Of a stretch of 32,000 bases of DNA, positions 1 to 10,216 are shown in pieces. Made by a program: the position numbers and the translations under genes. This DNA is from Mycoplasma mobile 163K (lineage in GTDB: Bacteria > Bacillota_I > Bacilli_A > Mycoplasmatales > Metamycoplasmataceae): contig NC_006908.1 of NCBI RefSeq assembly GCF_000008365.1, forward strand, positions 90,001 to 122,000, read 5' to 3'. How positions within the stretch are numbered: position 1 is the stretch's first letter; every line of letters starts with the position of its first letter. The notes below the pieces were generated by a model, which did not search any database, was not told where the DNA came from, and saw only the letters and a list, made by a program, of their open reading frames with translations.

Positions 1-375
1 TTGATTTAATTGAGAGATAGTTGCTAATTTAACATTCTGGTCTTTGTCATATTTTGTTGAAACATTAATTTTATTTTCTTTATCAAAACTAGCTGATGAA
101 GCATGATTTAATTGAAGCCCAATCAAGGCATTTTTCACTTTTGCAAGTCTTACAAGATGTTTGTATCCTTCGATATGTTCATCACTTCATATACCTAAAT
201 CATCATGTTCAATTCTTCCTTCAGGTGAAACGGCAACAGATTCAACAATGATTGTTCCAACTTCTCCTCAAATTCTTGCTCCATAATGTTGGACATGAAA
301 ATCATTTACAAATCCATTTTTTGCCATTTTTGTGTCCATTGGCAACATTGCAATTCTATTTTTGGGTTTAAGCAT
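1..375 (-). CDS. NADH:flavin oxidoreductase (Old Yellow Enzyme family), N-terminal 125 codons; 3' end lies outside the window
   Basis: Manual minus-strand translation from ATG at 375-373, with an AAGGAG SD (ctcctt) at 381-386. It reads MLKPKNRIAMLPMDTKMAKNGFVNDFHVQHYGARIWGEVGTIIVESVAVSPEGRIEHDDLGIWSDEHIEGYKHLVRLAKVKNALIGLQLNHAS. Two in-frame TGA codons are read as Trp. The pattern is typical of OYE-family N-termini. The gene is absent from the ORF track because TGA splits it. Confidence 0.7.
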
Positions 376-461
376 TTTTTCTCCTTAATTGATTTAGTAA
401 ATTTTACTTACTAGCAGCATATATAGATTATATCTTATGTTTAATAAAATTCAATTTAAAT

Positions 462-488
462 AAAAAAATGCTTTAAAAGCACTTTTTT
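462..488. terminator. Weak AT-rich hairpin flanked by A7/T6 runs just after the rpsD stop
   Basis: The sequence aaaaaaa-tgctttaaaagca-ctttttt forms a short stem (tgct/agca) with U-runs on both strands. It lies directly downstream of the rpsD stop at 487-489. Confidence 0.3.
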
Positions 489-1086
489 ATTTATTGTAAA
501 ATTCAACAATTAGAGCTTCATTAATTTCTTGATTTAATTCTTTTCTTTCAGGAACACGAATTAATTTTCCTTTGAATTTATCTTTTTCAATTCAAGGAGC
601 AACAACTCTTGTTTCAATTGAAGCTAAAATAGTTGGTACATTTTGAGATTTTGCTCTCAATTCAATAGTGTCACCAACATTAATTCTTTGTGAAGGAATA
701 TCAGCTTTTTTACCATTTAACAAAAAATGACCATGATTTACAAGTTGTCTTGCTTGTCTTCTAGTTTGAGCAAATCCCATTCTGTAAACAATATTATCTA
801 AACGACTTTCAAGTAATTGTAAAAAAGCTGTTCCAGTAACACCTTTTGCCTTATTAGCAATTGCAAAAGTGTTTCTAAATTGTCTTTCATTAATTCCATA
901 CATGAATCTTACTTTTTGTTTTTCAAGTTGGTGAATACCAAAATCACTTAATTTTCCTCTTCTTTGACCATGTTGACCAGGTGCATATTGTCTTTGTTTC
1001 CCTTTAACAAATTCTTTTCCAGTTTCTAAAATTGAAAAACCAAAACGACGCGATCTTTTAAATACAGGACCTACATATCTAGACAT
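487..1086 (-). CDS. rpsD: 30S ribosomal protein S4
   Basis: Track ORF 592-1098 reads [17 protein letters not shown]...; MSRY at 1086 is the likely start. Reading the TGA at 592-594 as Trp extends the ORF with [35 protein letters not shown] to a TAA at 487-489. That extension is the conserved S4 C-terminus. The CDS is 199 aa. Confidence 0.95.
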
Positions 1087-1255
1087 AATTTTCTCCATTC
1101 TGCAAAACGAGAAATAAATAATTCTTTCAAACTTTTTATAATTTAGTGGTTTCGGTGAGCAGCACTCCTTACTTCCAGATTTAAAACAAATTAAAAAAAC
1201 AAATTAAAATATTACTTTGCTGCGTTTGCATTTATAATTTTACACGTTTTAAATA
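1087..1255 (-). promoter_or_regulatory. Long 5' leader of monocistronic rpsD, a candidate S4 autoregulatory RNA
   Basis: The distance from the best promoter (1262-1290) to the ATG is about 170 nt. The leader contains the locally G+C-rich segment ctggaagtaaggagtgctgctcaccgaaaccac. TGCAAACG near the 5' end can pair with CGTTTTGCA just upstream of the SD. Confidence 0.35.
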
Positions 1256-1261
1256 ATTTAA

Positions 1262-1290
1262 ATTATATTTTTTCAAATTTTAGCAAGCAA
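1262..1290 (-). promoter_or_regulatory. Sigma-70 type promoter for rpsD
   Basis: On the minus strand this reads TTGCTT, a 17-nt spacer, then TATAAT. In plus coordinates aagcaa is at 1285-1290 and attata at 1262-1267. A second candidate, TGTAAAAT, lies at 1237-1244 on the minus strand. Confidence 0.5.
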
Positions 1291-1347
1291 ATAATTTTAA
1301 ATAAACTTTTAATATGATTATATTTAGATTAATATAAAATAAATATT

Positions 1348-3072
1348 ATGTTTGTAGAAATTATTTTAACCAGCTTGACAGCGTCTTTATTATTGATTTT
1401 GTTAATTTATATCTTAGCTAATTATATTTATTATAAAAATTTAGCTAAAAATCTTGAAAATTTGATGCTTAAACTAGATAGTGTAAATTTTGACAAAATT
1501 GAAAGCGATGCAGCTAGAATTTATCGCATTTCAGAAAAAAATTTAGACTATCAAAATTTATTTTGAGAAATAGATGAAATAAGATTGAAAATTTATAAAT
1601 TTCATGGTGATTTAACAGGAAAAAATTATGATTATAGAGAAGATACAAAGAAAAAAAATATTAAAAGAATAAAGCAAGAAATTAAAAGAGCAAAAGAAGA
1701 TGAATTTAAATTAAATGAATTAATAAATGAATTCGAAGAAAAAAGCAAAAATGTTGTAACAAATGTTAGGACTCTTTGAAATGAATTTGATATTTATCAT
1801 AAAGAACTTAGATATTTGCACAAATATTATTATGATTCCCCAGAAAATACTGAAATTTTCAAAAATTATTCAAATGAAATTGAAAAACTTTTTGATGAAT
1901 CTTTCAATCACAAAACTCATTTTTCTGAATTTGTAAAACAAATGGATAGAAAAAAAGCATTGGAAGAAATGTTTTACTTTAAAGAAAAAATTATCAAACT
2001 TGCTAATATTTTTAGATACATTTTTAATTTCAAAGACTTTGCAGATGTAAATTTTCATCAAGCAATGAAAAAACATAAAACTAACATTGAAAAAAGTATT
2101 GAAAAAGGTATTTTTCTTAGAAATATTTCAACAGAGGATTCTATTAGCAAAATAGAATCTCTTCACCAATCTTTAAATGAATCTTTAAAAATATTAGATA
2201 TGAAAAAATCTAAAGAATCAATTAAAAATATAGCATCGTTATTTGATATGACTCTTTTTGAAATTTTAAAAGAAAAAACTTCATCAGCCATGTTTTTGCA
2301 AAAATATCCTGAGTTTGAAAAAATTTTAGTGAACATGAAATCTAAATATAAAAAAGTATTATTTGAAACTGAAAAAATCGAAGTAGAAAGATCAAGAGAT
2401 CCTATTGAAAATAAAAGTGAAAAAAAATTGTCAATGAATGAATTAACTTCATCTCACAGAAATGATGTTGATAATAATTTTAATGAAATAGAAACAATAA
2501 TTTCCGAAACTCAGACAGAAGGAATTACAAATTTAAGAAAAGCTCATCTCCTAAAAAATGCTTTTTTACTTTTAAAATCAATTAATTCAAGCATCAATTT
2601 AATTACTAAAATAAATTTTCAAAATAGTAATCTTTCAATTTCGAACCAAAAATACTTTCAAAATTTAGAAAGAATTTATTTAGAAAATATTTATGAATTG
2701 AAAATTAAAAAAGTGATTTTAGATGAAAATGAAAAAAACTTAAAACTTTTAATTGAACAACAAAAAAGTTTATTCTTTGATACTTTAAACATTTTAAATG
2801 AAAGCATTGATCCAGAAAATATTGCTACAAAAGTTGATAATTTATTTATGCATATAAAAAAATTTACTAAATCAGTAAATTTAAAATTAGTTAAAATATT
2901 TGTCATTGATGATTTTTTAAAAGAAAATGCACATAAAAGAAGTGGAAATTATAGATGAAATGATTTAGCCATAAGTTTGGAAAGACACCGTTTAGAAGGA
3001 AATTACGATGAGGGAATTGAACTTATAACTTCTTTTTTGGATGACAAAAACTCTAAAAGAAAGGTTAGTTAG
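1348..3072 (+). CDS. Membrane-anchored coiled-coil protein, EzrA-like (septation ring formation regulator candidate), 574 aa
   Basis: Track ORFs 1348-1566, 1585-1779 and 1816-2958 share one frame and are separated only by TGA. The frame runs on to a TAG at 3070-3072. The protein has an N-terminal TM helix (MFVEIILTSLTASLLLILLIYILANYIYY) followed by about 540 aa of K/E/N-rich helical sequence. Its size, topology and position (rpsD, this gene, thiI) mirror Bacillus ezrA. Confidence 0.5.
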
Positions 3073-3073
3073 T

Positions 3074-4240
3074 ATGCAAAATGTTGATAAAATGCTTCTT
3101 GTAAGATATGGTGAGTTAACATTAAAAGGAAATAATAAGCAAACTTTTATTAAAAAACTTGAACAAAATATGAAAAAAATTGGTTTGTATCCTCAAGTAG
3201 AATATGACTATATGCTTCTAAATTATTCAGAGGAAAATATAAACAAACTCCAAACTGTTTTTGGTTTGAGTTCTTTTTCAATAATATATTTTACAAAACC
3301 TGAATTAGAGATTTTATCAAAGAGTATTTTAAATCATGTTAGACAAACATATTTAAATGAAAATCTTAGTTTTAAAGTAGAGGCAAAAAGAAAAGATAAA
3401 TCATTTGGAAATACTTCAGATGAAATAAAAAGATATGTTGCAAATGAAATTTTAGATAATACTAAATTCAAAGTAGATGTAAAAAACTTTGATTTTAAAA
3501 TAGATATTAGAATTGAAAAAAATAGATTTTATTTTTTTACTAACAAAGTAGAACTTTTAAAAGGATTACCTTTAGGTATTTCAGGTAAAGCAATTCATTT
3601 AATTTCAGGTGGTTTTGATTCTCCTGTCGCATCTTTTTTAATGATGAAAAGAGGTTTTGAAGTAGAATTTGTTAATTTTATAACCCCGCCTCATACAGAT
3701 GATTTAACAGTTAAAAAAACAAAAATGATTCTTCAAGAATTGACAAAATATCAAAGTAAAATAAAATTACACTTAATAAAATTTACAGATTTAATGAATT
3801 ATTTAGGACTAAGTCCTAAGCAAAACTATAAAGTTGTTTTAATGAGAAGAAGTTTTTATCGAATAAGTCAAAAAATTGCAGAGAAAAATAACTCAATCAT
3901 TATAAGCAATGGGGAAAATATAGGTCAAGTTGCTTCGCAAACTGCAGAGGCTATTTATGTAATTCAATCAGGAATAAAAATTCCAATTATTAGACCACTT
4001 GCTACTTTTGATAAAAATGAAATAATAAAAATTTCTAAAGAAATAAAAACTCATGATATTTCTGTTATCCAATCAAATGAAGCATGTGAATTATTTGCCC
4101 CTAAAAATCCAATAATCAAGCCATCACTTGAAGTAACTGAATTTTTGGAAAATGAATTAGATCAAATAGAATTTCTTGAAAATAAAGCATTGAATGATTA
4201 TGATGAAATATTTTACTTCAATTATGAATTCAGATCGTAG
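3074..4240 (+). CDS. thiI: tRNA 4-thiouridine(8) synthase ThiI
   Basis: Track ORF 3041-4240 contains LLVRYGELTLKGNNK (N-terminal ferredoxin-like/THUMP region) and the SGGFDSPVA PP-loop. The ATG at 3074 immediately follows the upstream stop; 3041 is an alternative start. Confidence 0.9.
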   Translation: MQNVDKMLLVRYGELTLKGNNKQTFIKKLEQNMKKIGLYPQVEYDYMLLNYSEENINKLQTVFGLSSFSIIYFTKPELEILSKSILNHVRQTYLNENLSFKVEAKRKDKSFGNTSDEIKRYVANEILDNTKFKVDVKNFDFKIDIRIEKNRFYFFTNKVELLKGLPLGISGKAIHLISGGFDSPVASFLMMKRGFEVEFVNFITPPHTDDLTVKKTKMILQELTKYQSKIKLHLIKFTDLMNYLGLSPKQNYKVVLMRRSFYRISQKIAEKNNSIIISNGENIGQVASQTAEAIYVIQSGIKIPIIRPLATFDKNEIIKISKEIKTHDISVIQSNEACELFAPKNPIIKPSLEVTEFLENELDQIEFLENKALNDYDEIFYFNYEFRS

Positions 4241-4895
4241 AGAACACCCTTCTTTTATATCTTTTTTAGAAAAAGAAAGAAAAAAAATTTATTTTAAAGA
4301 AATAATTGGTTTTTTATTTAAAACTAATAAAGAAATTATTTGCCCCAATCTTGAAGATATTTTTAGATCTTTTTCTTTTTTTGATTTTCAAGATTTAAGA
4401 ATAGTGATTTTAGGTCAAGATCCTTATCATCAAAAAGATGTCGCAGATGGCTTAGCTTTTTCTACAAAACATCAAAAAACACCTGCTTCATTAAAAAACA
4501 TTTTCAAAGAATTGATATATGAATTTCCAGAAATAAAAATTAAAAGTAATGATTTATCTTGTTGAGCTAAACAAGGAATTTTGCTTCAAAATACTTTTTT
4601 AACAACAGAATTGGAAAAAGCAAGAGCTCATAGTTTTTTACCTTGAAAAATTTTTACTATGAATTTAATTGAATATATAAATACAAATTTAAGTAATGTC
4701 ATTTTTCTTTTATGAGGAAATGATGCAAAAGAAATGAAATGTTTGATTGATTCAACAAAACACTTTATATTAGAATCATCTCATCCAAGCCCTTTGAGTT
4801 TTTATAAAGGATTTTTTAAAAATAATCACTTTGTGAAAGTAAATGAAATATTAAAAGCAAACAATTTAAAGCAAATTGATTGAAATATTTTTTAG
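4224..4895 (+). CDS. ung: Uracil-DNA glycosylase
   Basis: Track ORF 4194-4565 carries the GQDPYH motif. Reading through four TGA codons adds WAKQGILLQNTFLT, LLWGNDAK and HPSPLS, ending at a TAG at 4893-4895. The start is uncertain (4194-4224), and the gene overlaps the thiI 3' end. Confidence 0.9.
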
Positions 4896-4930
4896 GCTAA
4901 ATTTTTTCATTAAAGTGATAAAATAAATTC

Positions 4931-7093
4931 ATGGATTATAAAGCTTTATATAGAAAATATCGTCCAAAAAATTTTGACGAAATAAAAGGCCAAGATCATA
5001 TTGTCACAACATTAAAAAACATTTTGAATTTTGATAAATTATCACATGCCTATTTATTTTCAGGACCAAGAGGAACAGGTAAAACTTCTGTAGCAAAAAT
5101 TTTTGCTGCTGCTTTAAATTGTGAACATGAAATCCAAAAAGAAAAAATTTGCAACCTTTGTGTTGAAAATTTAGATAATAATCTGGACATAATAGAAATA
5201 GATGCAGCTTCAAATAATGGAGTAGATGAAATAAGAGAATTAAGAGAAAAAGTTAAATATAGCCCTTCACAATACAAATACAAAGTTTATATAATCGATG
5301 AAGCACATATGTTAACAAAATCTGCGTTTAATGCTTTATTAAAAACTTTGGAAGAGCCACCAAAACATGCTATTTTTATTTTGGCAACAACAGATCCTCA
5401 AAAAATTCCTTTAACAGTTATTTCGAGAGTACAAAGATTTAACTTTAAAAGAATCACTCTACCTATTTTAGAAAAACAATTGCAAGAAGTTTTGACAAAA
5501 GAAAACATTAGAATCAATAAAAATGCTTTAACTTTAATTGCAAAAATGGCTGAAGGTGGCCTTAGAGATGCTCTTTCTATTGCGGACCAAATTTCTATTT
5601 TTTCAAACAACAATATTACAGAAAAAGAAGTTGATGAAGTTTTTTCATTAGTTTCCATTGAAGATCAAATTTATTTTTTAAATTTGATTTATAAAAAAGA
5701 CACAACTACAGTTTTAAGAACTATCAATAATTATATTGAATCTGGAATAAACATTGAAAAATTAGTTATTAATTTGATAGATATTATTAGAGATTTTATT
5801 GTTTTTAATAAAACACATGCATCTAATTTATTGGAATATTTAAACGAAGAAGATTTAAAAGAATTGGAAATTGACATCCATTTTGCTTATCAAACTAAAG
5901 ATGCTTTAATGCCTCTCTTAAGTGATTTGAAACATAGTGAAATTCCTACAAGAAATTTTGAGATAATAATTTTACAATTATTACACGAAAGCAAGAGAGA
6001 TGAAATTTTGGAGCAAAACAAAAAAAACAGTTTAAGTGAATTTTTCAAAAATGAAGACACCCAACCAATTCATTTAGCAGATTCAAAAGTGAAACAAAAA
6101 AATGAAAATGCTATTAAATTTACAGCTCCCACAGAAACATTTGAAACAGAATTTTCCTCAAATGATAAAAAAAATAGCAACAAAAGTTTTTTAAAAAATG
6201 AAATGAACTCTATTACAAACACAGATAAATTATTAGAAGAAACAACTCAAAGTATTAACTTGGAAAATGAAAATTTAAATGAGTACAAACAAATAAATGA
6301 ACATATTTTAAGTACAGATATTTTAGATTTAGAAAATATAATAATTGATACAGGAGAAATAGATCTTAATGACAAGATTTTAAATCAATCCAAAATCGAT
6401 TTTTTTGAAAATCAAGACGAAGAATTTTTTTCATTTGATAATTCAAAAAACGAAACATTTGAAAATGAAGAATACTCAAATGAACAAATTTCGGAAAATT
6501 CCACTATTAAAAAAATATTAAATCAAAAAGAGAATAAAGAAATTGCTTCAAATGACCCAAGCAATCTTCAAGAACTAGATATAACAGATTTAGTAAAGGA
6601 AAAAAACTCTTTTCAAAATCAATTTTTTAACGATTTAAATGAAGTCAAAATTGTAAATCTACTGATGCAAACAGATCCTTTATTTTTAAAAGAATGTAAG
6701 GATATTTGAAAAAATTTATTTTCATATAAAACAGATCAAAAATTCAATAAAGAAATTTTATATTTAGAAAATACTAAATTGATTGCTGCAAGTGAAAAAT
6801 TTATAATGGTTTCTGCTGATGATGATAATTTAATTACAAAACTAATAGAAAAATCGAAGGAAAATAATTTCAATATGTTTATTGAAAAAATAACAAAAGG
6901 TCCAAAACACTTTTTTGCGATTACTAAAAAAGAATTTAAAGAATCTAGAAAAATGTGAAATGAAATAAATGAGCAAAAAAGAAGTTTCAAAATTGAAAAA
7001 TTATCAAAACCAAAGTCATTTGATAATTCAAAAGAAAAAACAGAAGAATTTGCAAGAAATATTTTCGGTGACACTTTGGAAATAAAAAAATAA
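4931..7093 (+). CDS. dnaX: DNA polymerase III subunit gamma/tau
   Basis: Track ORF 4931-6709 contains YRPKNFDEIKGQ, GPRGTGKTS (Walker A), DEAHML and SRVQRF. Two TGA read-throughs extend it to a TAA at 7091-7093, giving 720 aa. The middle region is long, N/E/K-rich and of low complexity. Confidence 0.9.
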
Positions 7094-7105
7094 AGAGGTA
7101 AATTT

Positions 7106-7393
7106 ATGGATATGAAAGCAATGCTTAAACAAGCACAAAAAATGCAAGCTGATTTAGAAAAAAAACAATCTGAACTTGCAAAAAAAGAATTCAATATTTC
7201 TAAGCAAGGTGTTGAGATTGTAATTAATGGAGCAAAAGAAATTACAAAATTAGTTATTCATCCTGCTTTAATCGATGAAGATGATAAAGAAACTTTGGAA
7301 GACTTACTAATTTTAGCTTTTAATGAAGCAATAAGTTTGATTTCTGAAGAAGAAGCTAAAATAGCTCCTAAAGCAAATTCTCTTGGATTCTAA
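7106..7393 (+). CDS. ybaB: Nucleoid-associated protein YbaB/EbfC
   Basis: The 95-aa product begins MDMKAMLKQAQKMQADLEKKQSEL. It sits in the canonical dnaX-ybaB-recR position, with an SD (agaggt) upstream. Confidence 0.85.
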   Translation: MDMKAMLKQAQKMQADLEKKQSELAKKEFNISKQGVEIVINGAKEITKLVIHPALIDEDDKETLEDLLILAFNEAISLISEEEAKIAPKANSLGF

Positions 7394-7983
7394 TGAATAA
7401 TAAAACTTTTGAGAATTTGGTTTTATCTTTAAAAGAATTACCAGGAATAAGCAAAAAACAAGCAGAAAAAATATCATTTTATATTATTCAATCAAAAAAA
7501 GATGTTTTGAATAATTTAATAGATGCTTTTCAAAAGGCAAAATCTAATTTAGTAAAATGTAATAATTGTAATTTAATTTCAGAACATCAATTGTGCAGTA
7601 TTTGCATAGATAAGTCCAGAGATAATAAGCTAATGGTTGTTGAATCAAGTTTAGAAGTTAATAAATTTGAAGATCTTCAAATTTATAGTGGGAAATATTT
7701 TGTTGTTGATTCTTTAATTAAAAATTTCGATGATAAAAGTACTTATTTTGAAACATATAATAAAATTTTTAAAATATTACCTAATGCAGATGAAGTTATT
7801 TTAGCTCTAAGTCCCACATTAGAAGGTGAAGTAAGCGCAATTTACATTAAAAATTTAATAAATGAAAAATTTCCAAACTTAAAAATTTCCCAGCTTGCAA
7901 ATGGCTTACCAGTAGGTTCTCAAGTAGAATACATTGATAGTTTAACTTTAAATTTTGCATTTAAAAATAGAAAGGACAAATAA
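7393..7983 (+). CDS. recR: Recombination protein RecR
   Basis: The product has a HhH-like N-terminus (LKELPGISKKQAEKISFY), a C4 zinc finger (CNNCNLISEHQLCSIC) and a Toprim-like region. Its ATG overlaps the ybaB stop (taATGa). Confidence 0.9.
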   Translation: MNNKTFENLVLSLKELPGISKKQAEKISFYIIQSKKDVLNNLIDAFQKAKSNLVKCNNCNLISEHQLCSICIDKSRDNKLMVVESSLEVNKFEDLQIYSGKYFVVDSLIKNFDDKSTYFETYNKIFKILPNADEVILALSPTLEGEVSAIYIKNLINEKFPNLKISQLANGLPVGSQVEYIDSLTLNFAFKNRKDK

Positions 7984-8612
7984 TGTTCATTAGTTTTGAA
8001 GGAATCGATGGTGCTGGAAAAAGCACAATAATAAAAAAACTTAAAAGAAAATTACCAAAATTGTATCCAGATAAGAAATTCGTTTTTACAAGAGAACCAG
8101 GTGGTAAAAAATTAAAAGAAGCAGAAAAAATAAGAAAAATTTTATTAGATAAAAAAACTAATATCGATCCAATGACAGAAACTCTTCTATATGCAGCATC
8201 TAGAAGAGTTCATTTAGATAGTTTAATTTGACCTGCTTTGAAAAAAGGTCACATTGTTATAAGTGATAGATATGTGGATTCATCATATGTTTATCAAGGT
8301 ATTGCAAGAGGTTTGGGAGTAAAAGTAGTTAAAGAGATAAATGATATCGCTACAAGCAATTTCATGCCAGATTATACTTTTTTTCTTTCTATTTCAGAAG
8401 AAGAATCAATTATAAGAAGACATAAACGTGGAAAGCCAGATCGTCTAGAAATGAGTTCCAAAGATTTTTTTTCTAGAGCATATGAAGGATATTTTAAAAT
8501 AATTAATTCACCAACAATGGCTGATAGATTTATTTTAGTAAATGCTGAAGAAAATGTAGGAACTATTTTAAAAAATATACTGAATGAATTTGACAAAATT
8601 TTGAAAAAATAA
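7983..8612 (+). CDS. tmk: Thymidylate kinase
   Basis: Track ORFs 7983-8231 and 8238-8612 share a frame and are joined by one TGA. The product contains FISFEGIDGAGKST (P-loop) and DRYVDSS. Its ATG overlaps the recR stop. Confidence 0.9.
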
Positions 8613-8671
8613 ATATAATTTCATTTAATGCTATTTTTGTTAATGCTCACTTCAAGAAAGGAGGTGAACAA

Positions 8672-9757
8672 ATGAACATAGAAAACATTAACTTTAGTAG
8701 CACAACATCCACAACTGGAATATTTGGACCAACTTCAGCAGGAATCGGAATTATAGCAACAATAATTTCTGTAATAGTTGTGGGATTCCCGCTTTTATTA
8801 GGATTTTTACTTCCAATTATAAAACCAAAACTTAAAAAAACTACAATGACTTATATGTATGCACTTACAGCAGGTTACTTTGTAATACTAGGACTTTTTA
8901 TCTTGTTTATTGAATCAAGTCATTTTTTAAATTTATTTACAGCAACTAAAACTGAAACAGTTACAAATCCAAACACCGGAGCAGTTACAACAACAACATT
9001 TTCTTTTAGTCAAGGTGAAATTTTTGGAATAAGATTTGGAATTATTGGCATGTCATTTATTTTAGTGCTTACAATTGGTTTAATTATAAAATATTTTATT
9101 TCTAAAAAATTAGTTAAAAAAGAATCAGATAATCATAAAAATGGAATACATGAAATTTCTCATGGACATAATCATGGTGATGGAATTTTTAATTTAAATG
9201 ATGTCAATCCAAAAGCGAAAATGTATGCTCTTATTTTAATTGTAATGCATAAAATTCCAGCAGCCTTAACAGTTGGTTTCTTTGTTTCTCAATATGCAAA
9301 TAATGACACAAATAGCTTGAATTTGATTTTTTTAATTACATTCTTATTACATATAATTCCAGAAGAGCTTATTTTTTATTATAGACAAATTGACATGGGT
9401 GTTTCAAAATGAAAAGCAGCCAGTGTATCAGCACTTTTTTCTTTAATTTTTGTCCCATTCTTATTTATTGGAGCTTATTCAGCAAACCAAATTAAAGATA
9501 GTTTAGCCATTCCGTTTATCTTGGCAGCTATTGGTGCACTTTTAGTTTTTACAGCTTTAGTTGAATTTATTCCAGAATTATTGCATGAAAAATTGACAAT
9601 AAAAATGTGATATAGAACTATCATAGCATTATTGATTGGTATGGCATTTGGCGTTGTTATTTTATTAGCACATGAATTAGAACCAGAAGTAGCTCATAAT
9701 CACTCGTTAATTTTGGAACCATTAGAAACAATAAAATCAGCAGTTATGCTTAAATAG
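8672..9757 (+). CDS. ZIP-family-like metal (zinc) transporter, polytopic membrane protein, 361 aa
   Basis: Track ORF 8672-9412 extends through two TGA codons to a TAG at 9755-9757. The protein has multiple TM helices, a His-rich loop (HEISHGHNHGDG), and HKIPAAL, HIIPEEL and EFIPELLHE motifs resembling ZIP/ZupT signatures. A strong SD (aaaggaggtg) lies at 8657-8666. Confidence 0.55.
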
Positions 9758-9760
9758 CCC

Positions 9761-9789
9761 AAAAAAAATTCAGGAAACTGAATTTTTTT
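9761..9789. terminator. Bidirectional intrinsic terminator between convergent genes
   Basis: The sequence is aaaaaaaattcag-gaaa-ctgaattttttt. The core stem is attcag/ctgaat with a GAAA loop, flanked by A8 and T8 runs. Confidence 0.6.
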
Positions 9790-10216
9790 ATTTGTGCTTC
9801 TCTAAAAAATCATTATAAGCTTGGTAAATTAAAGAAGCACATTCTAATCTATTTAAATGGATTTTAACATTTTCGAAAATTGCAAGTTTTCCAATTTTTA
9901 AATTATTTGATTCTTTTTTATTTATCAAATCAAAATAAGCATTTGCAATTTCGTTTACTTTACTCAAAGGTTTATTTTTTATCTCTTCTAAAAAAATGTC
10001 TGCAGAAGATAAAAATACTGCACACCCCACTCCTTGAAATTTTGCATCAACTAAAAAGTCATTTTCTATTTTTAAATTTAAATTAATTTCATCTACACAA
10101 CTTGCACTATGTCTATATATACTTTTAGAATTAGTTTCAATTTCTTCTACTTTATTAATAGGCGATGAATAATGTTTCATGATAATGTCAGTTTTTTCTT
10201 TGTTAGAGAAATTCAT
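9788..10216 (-). CDS. sufU: Fe-S cluster assembly scaffold / sulfur acceptor, SufU (NifU/IscU-like)
   Basis: Track ORF 9788-10243 contains SASCVDEINL, GVGCAVF and ECASL, the three conserved Cys regions. The likely start is MNFSNKEK at 10216, overlapping the upstream desulfurase stop by 14 nt. Confidence 0.8.
   Translation of the reverse strand: MNFSNKEKTDIIMKHYSSPINKVEEIETNSKSIYRHSASCVDEINLNLKIENDFLVDAKFQGVGCAVFLSSADIFLEEIKNKPLSKVNEIANAYFDLINKKESNNLKIGKLAIFENVKIHLNRLECASLIYQAYNDFLEKHK

Noticed and set aside
6736-7194. A 152-aa minus-strand ORF lies antisense to the dnaX 3' end. Similar antisense track ORFs are 5004-5213, 5050-5283, 5398-5658, 8372-8596, 11514-11753, 12652-12999, 15185-15451, 15799-15999, 19000-19245, 21566-21829, 25337-25582, 25808-26014, 26815-27090, 28783-29049, 29759-29947 and 30472-30876.
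   Set aside because: Each lies opposite a well-supported gene. Each has the F/L/I/S/K-rich low-complexity composition expected from reading AT-rich coding DNA backwards. None has start signals.
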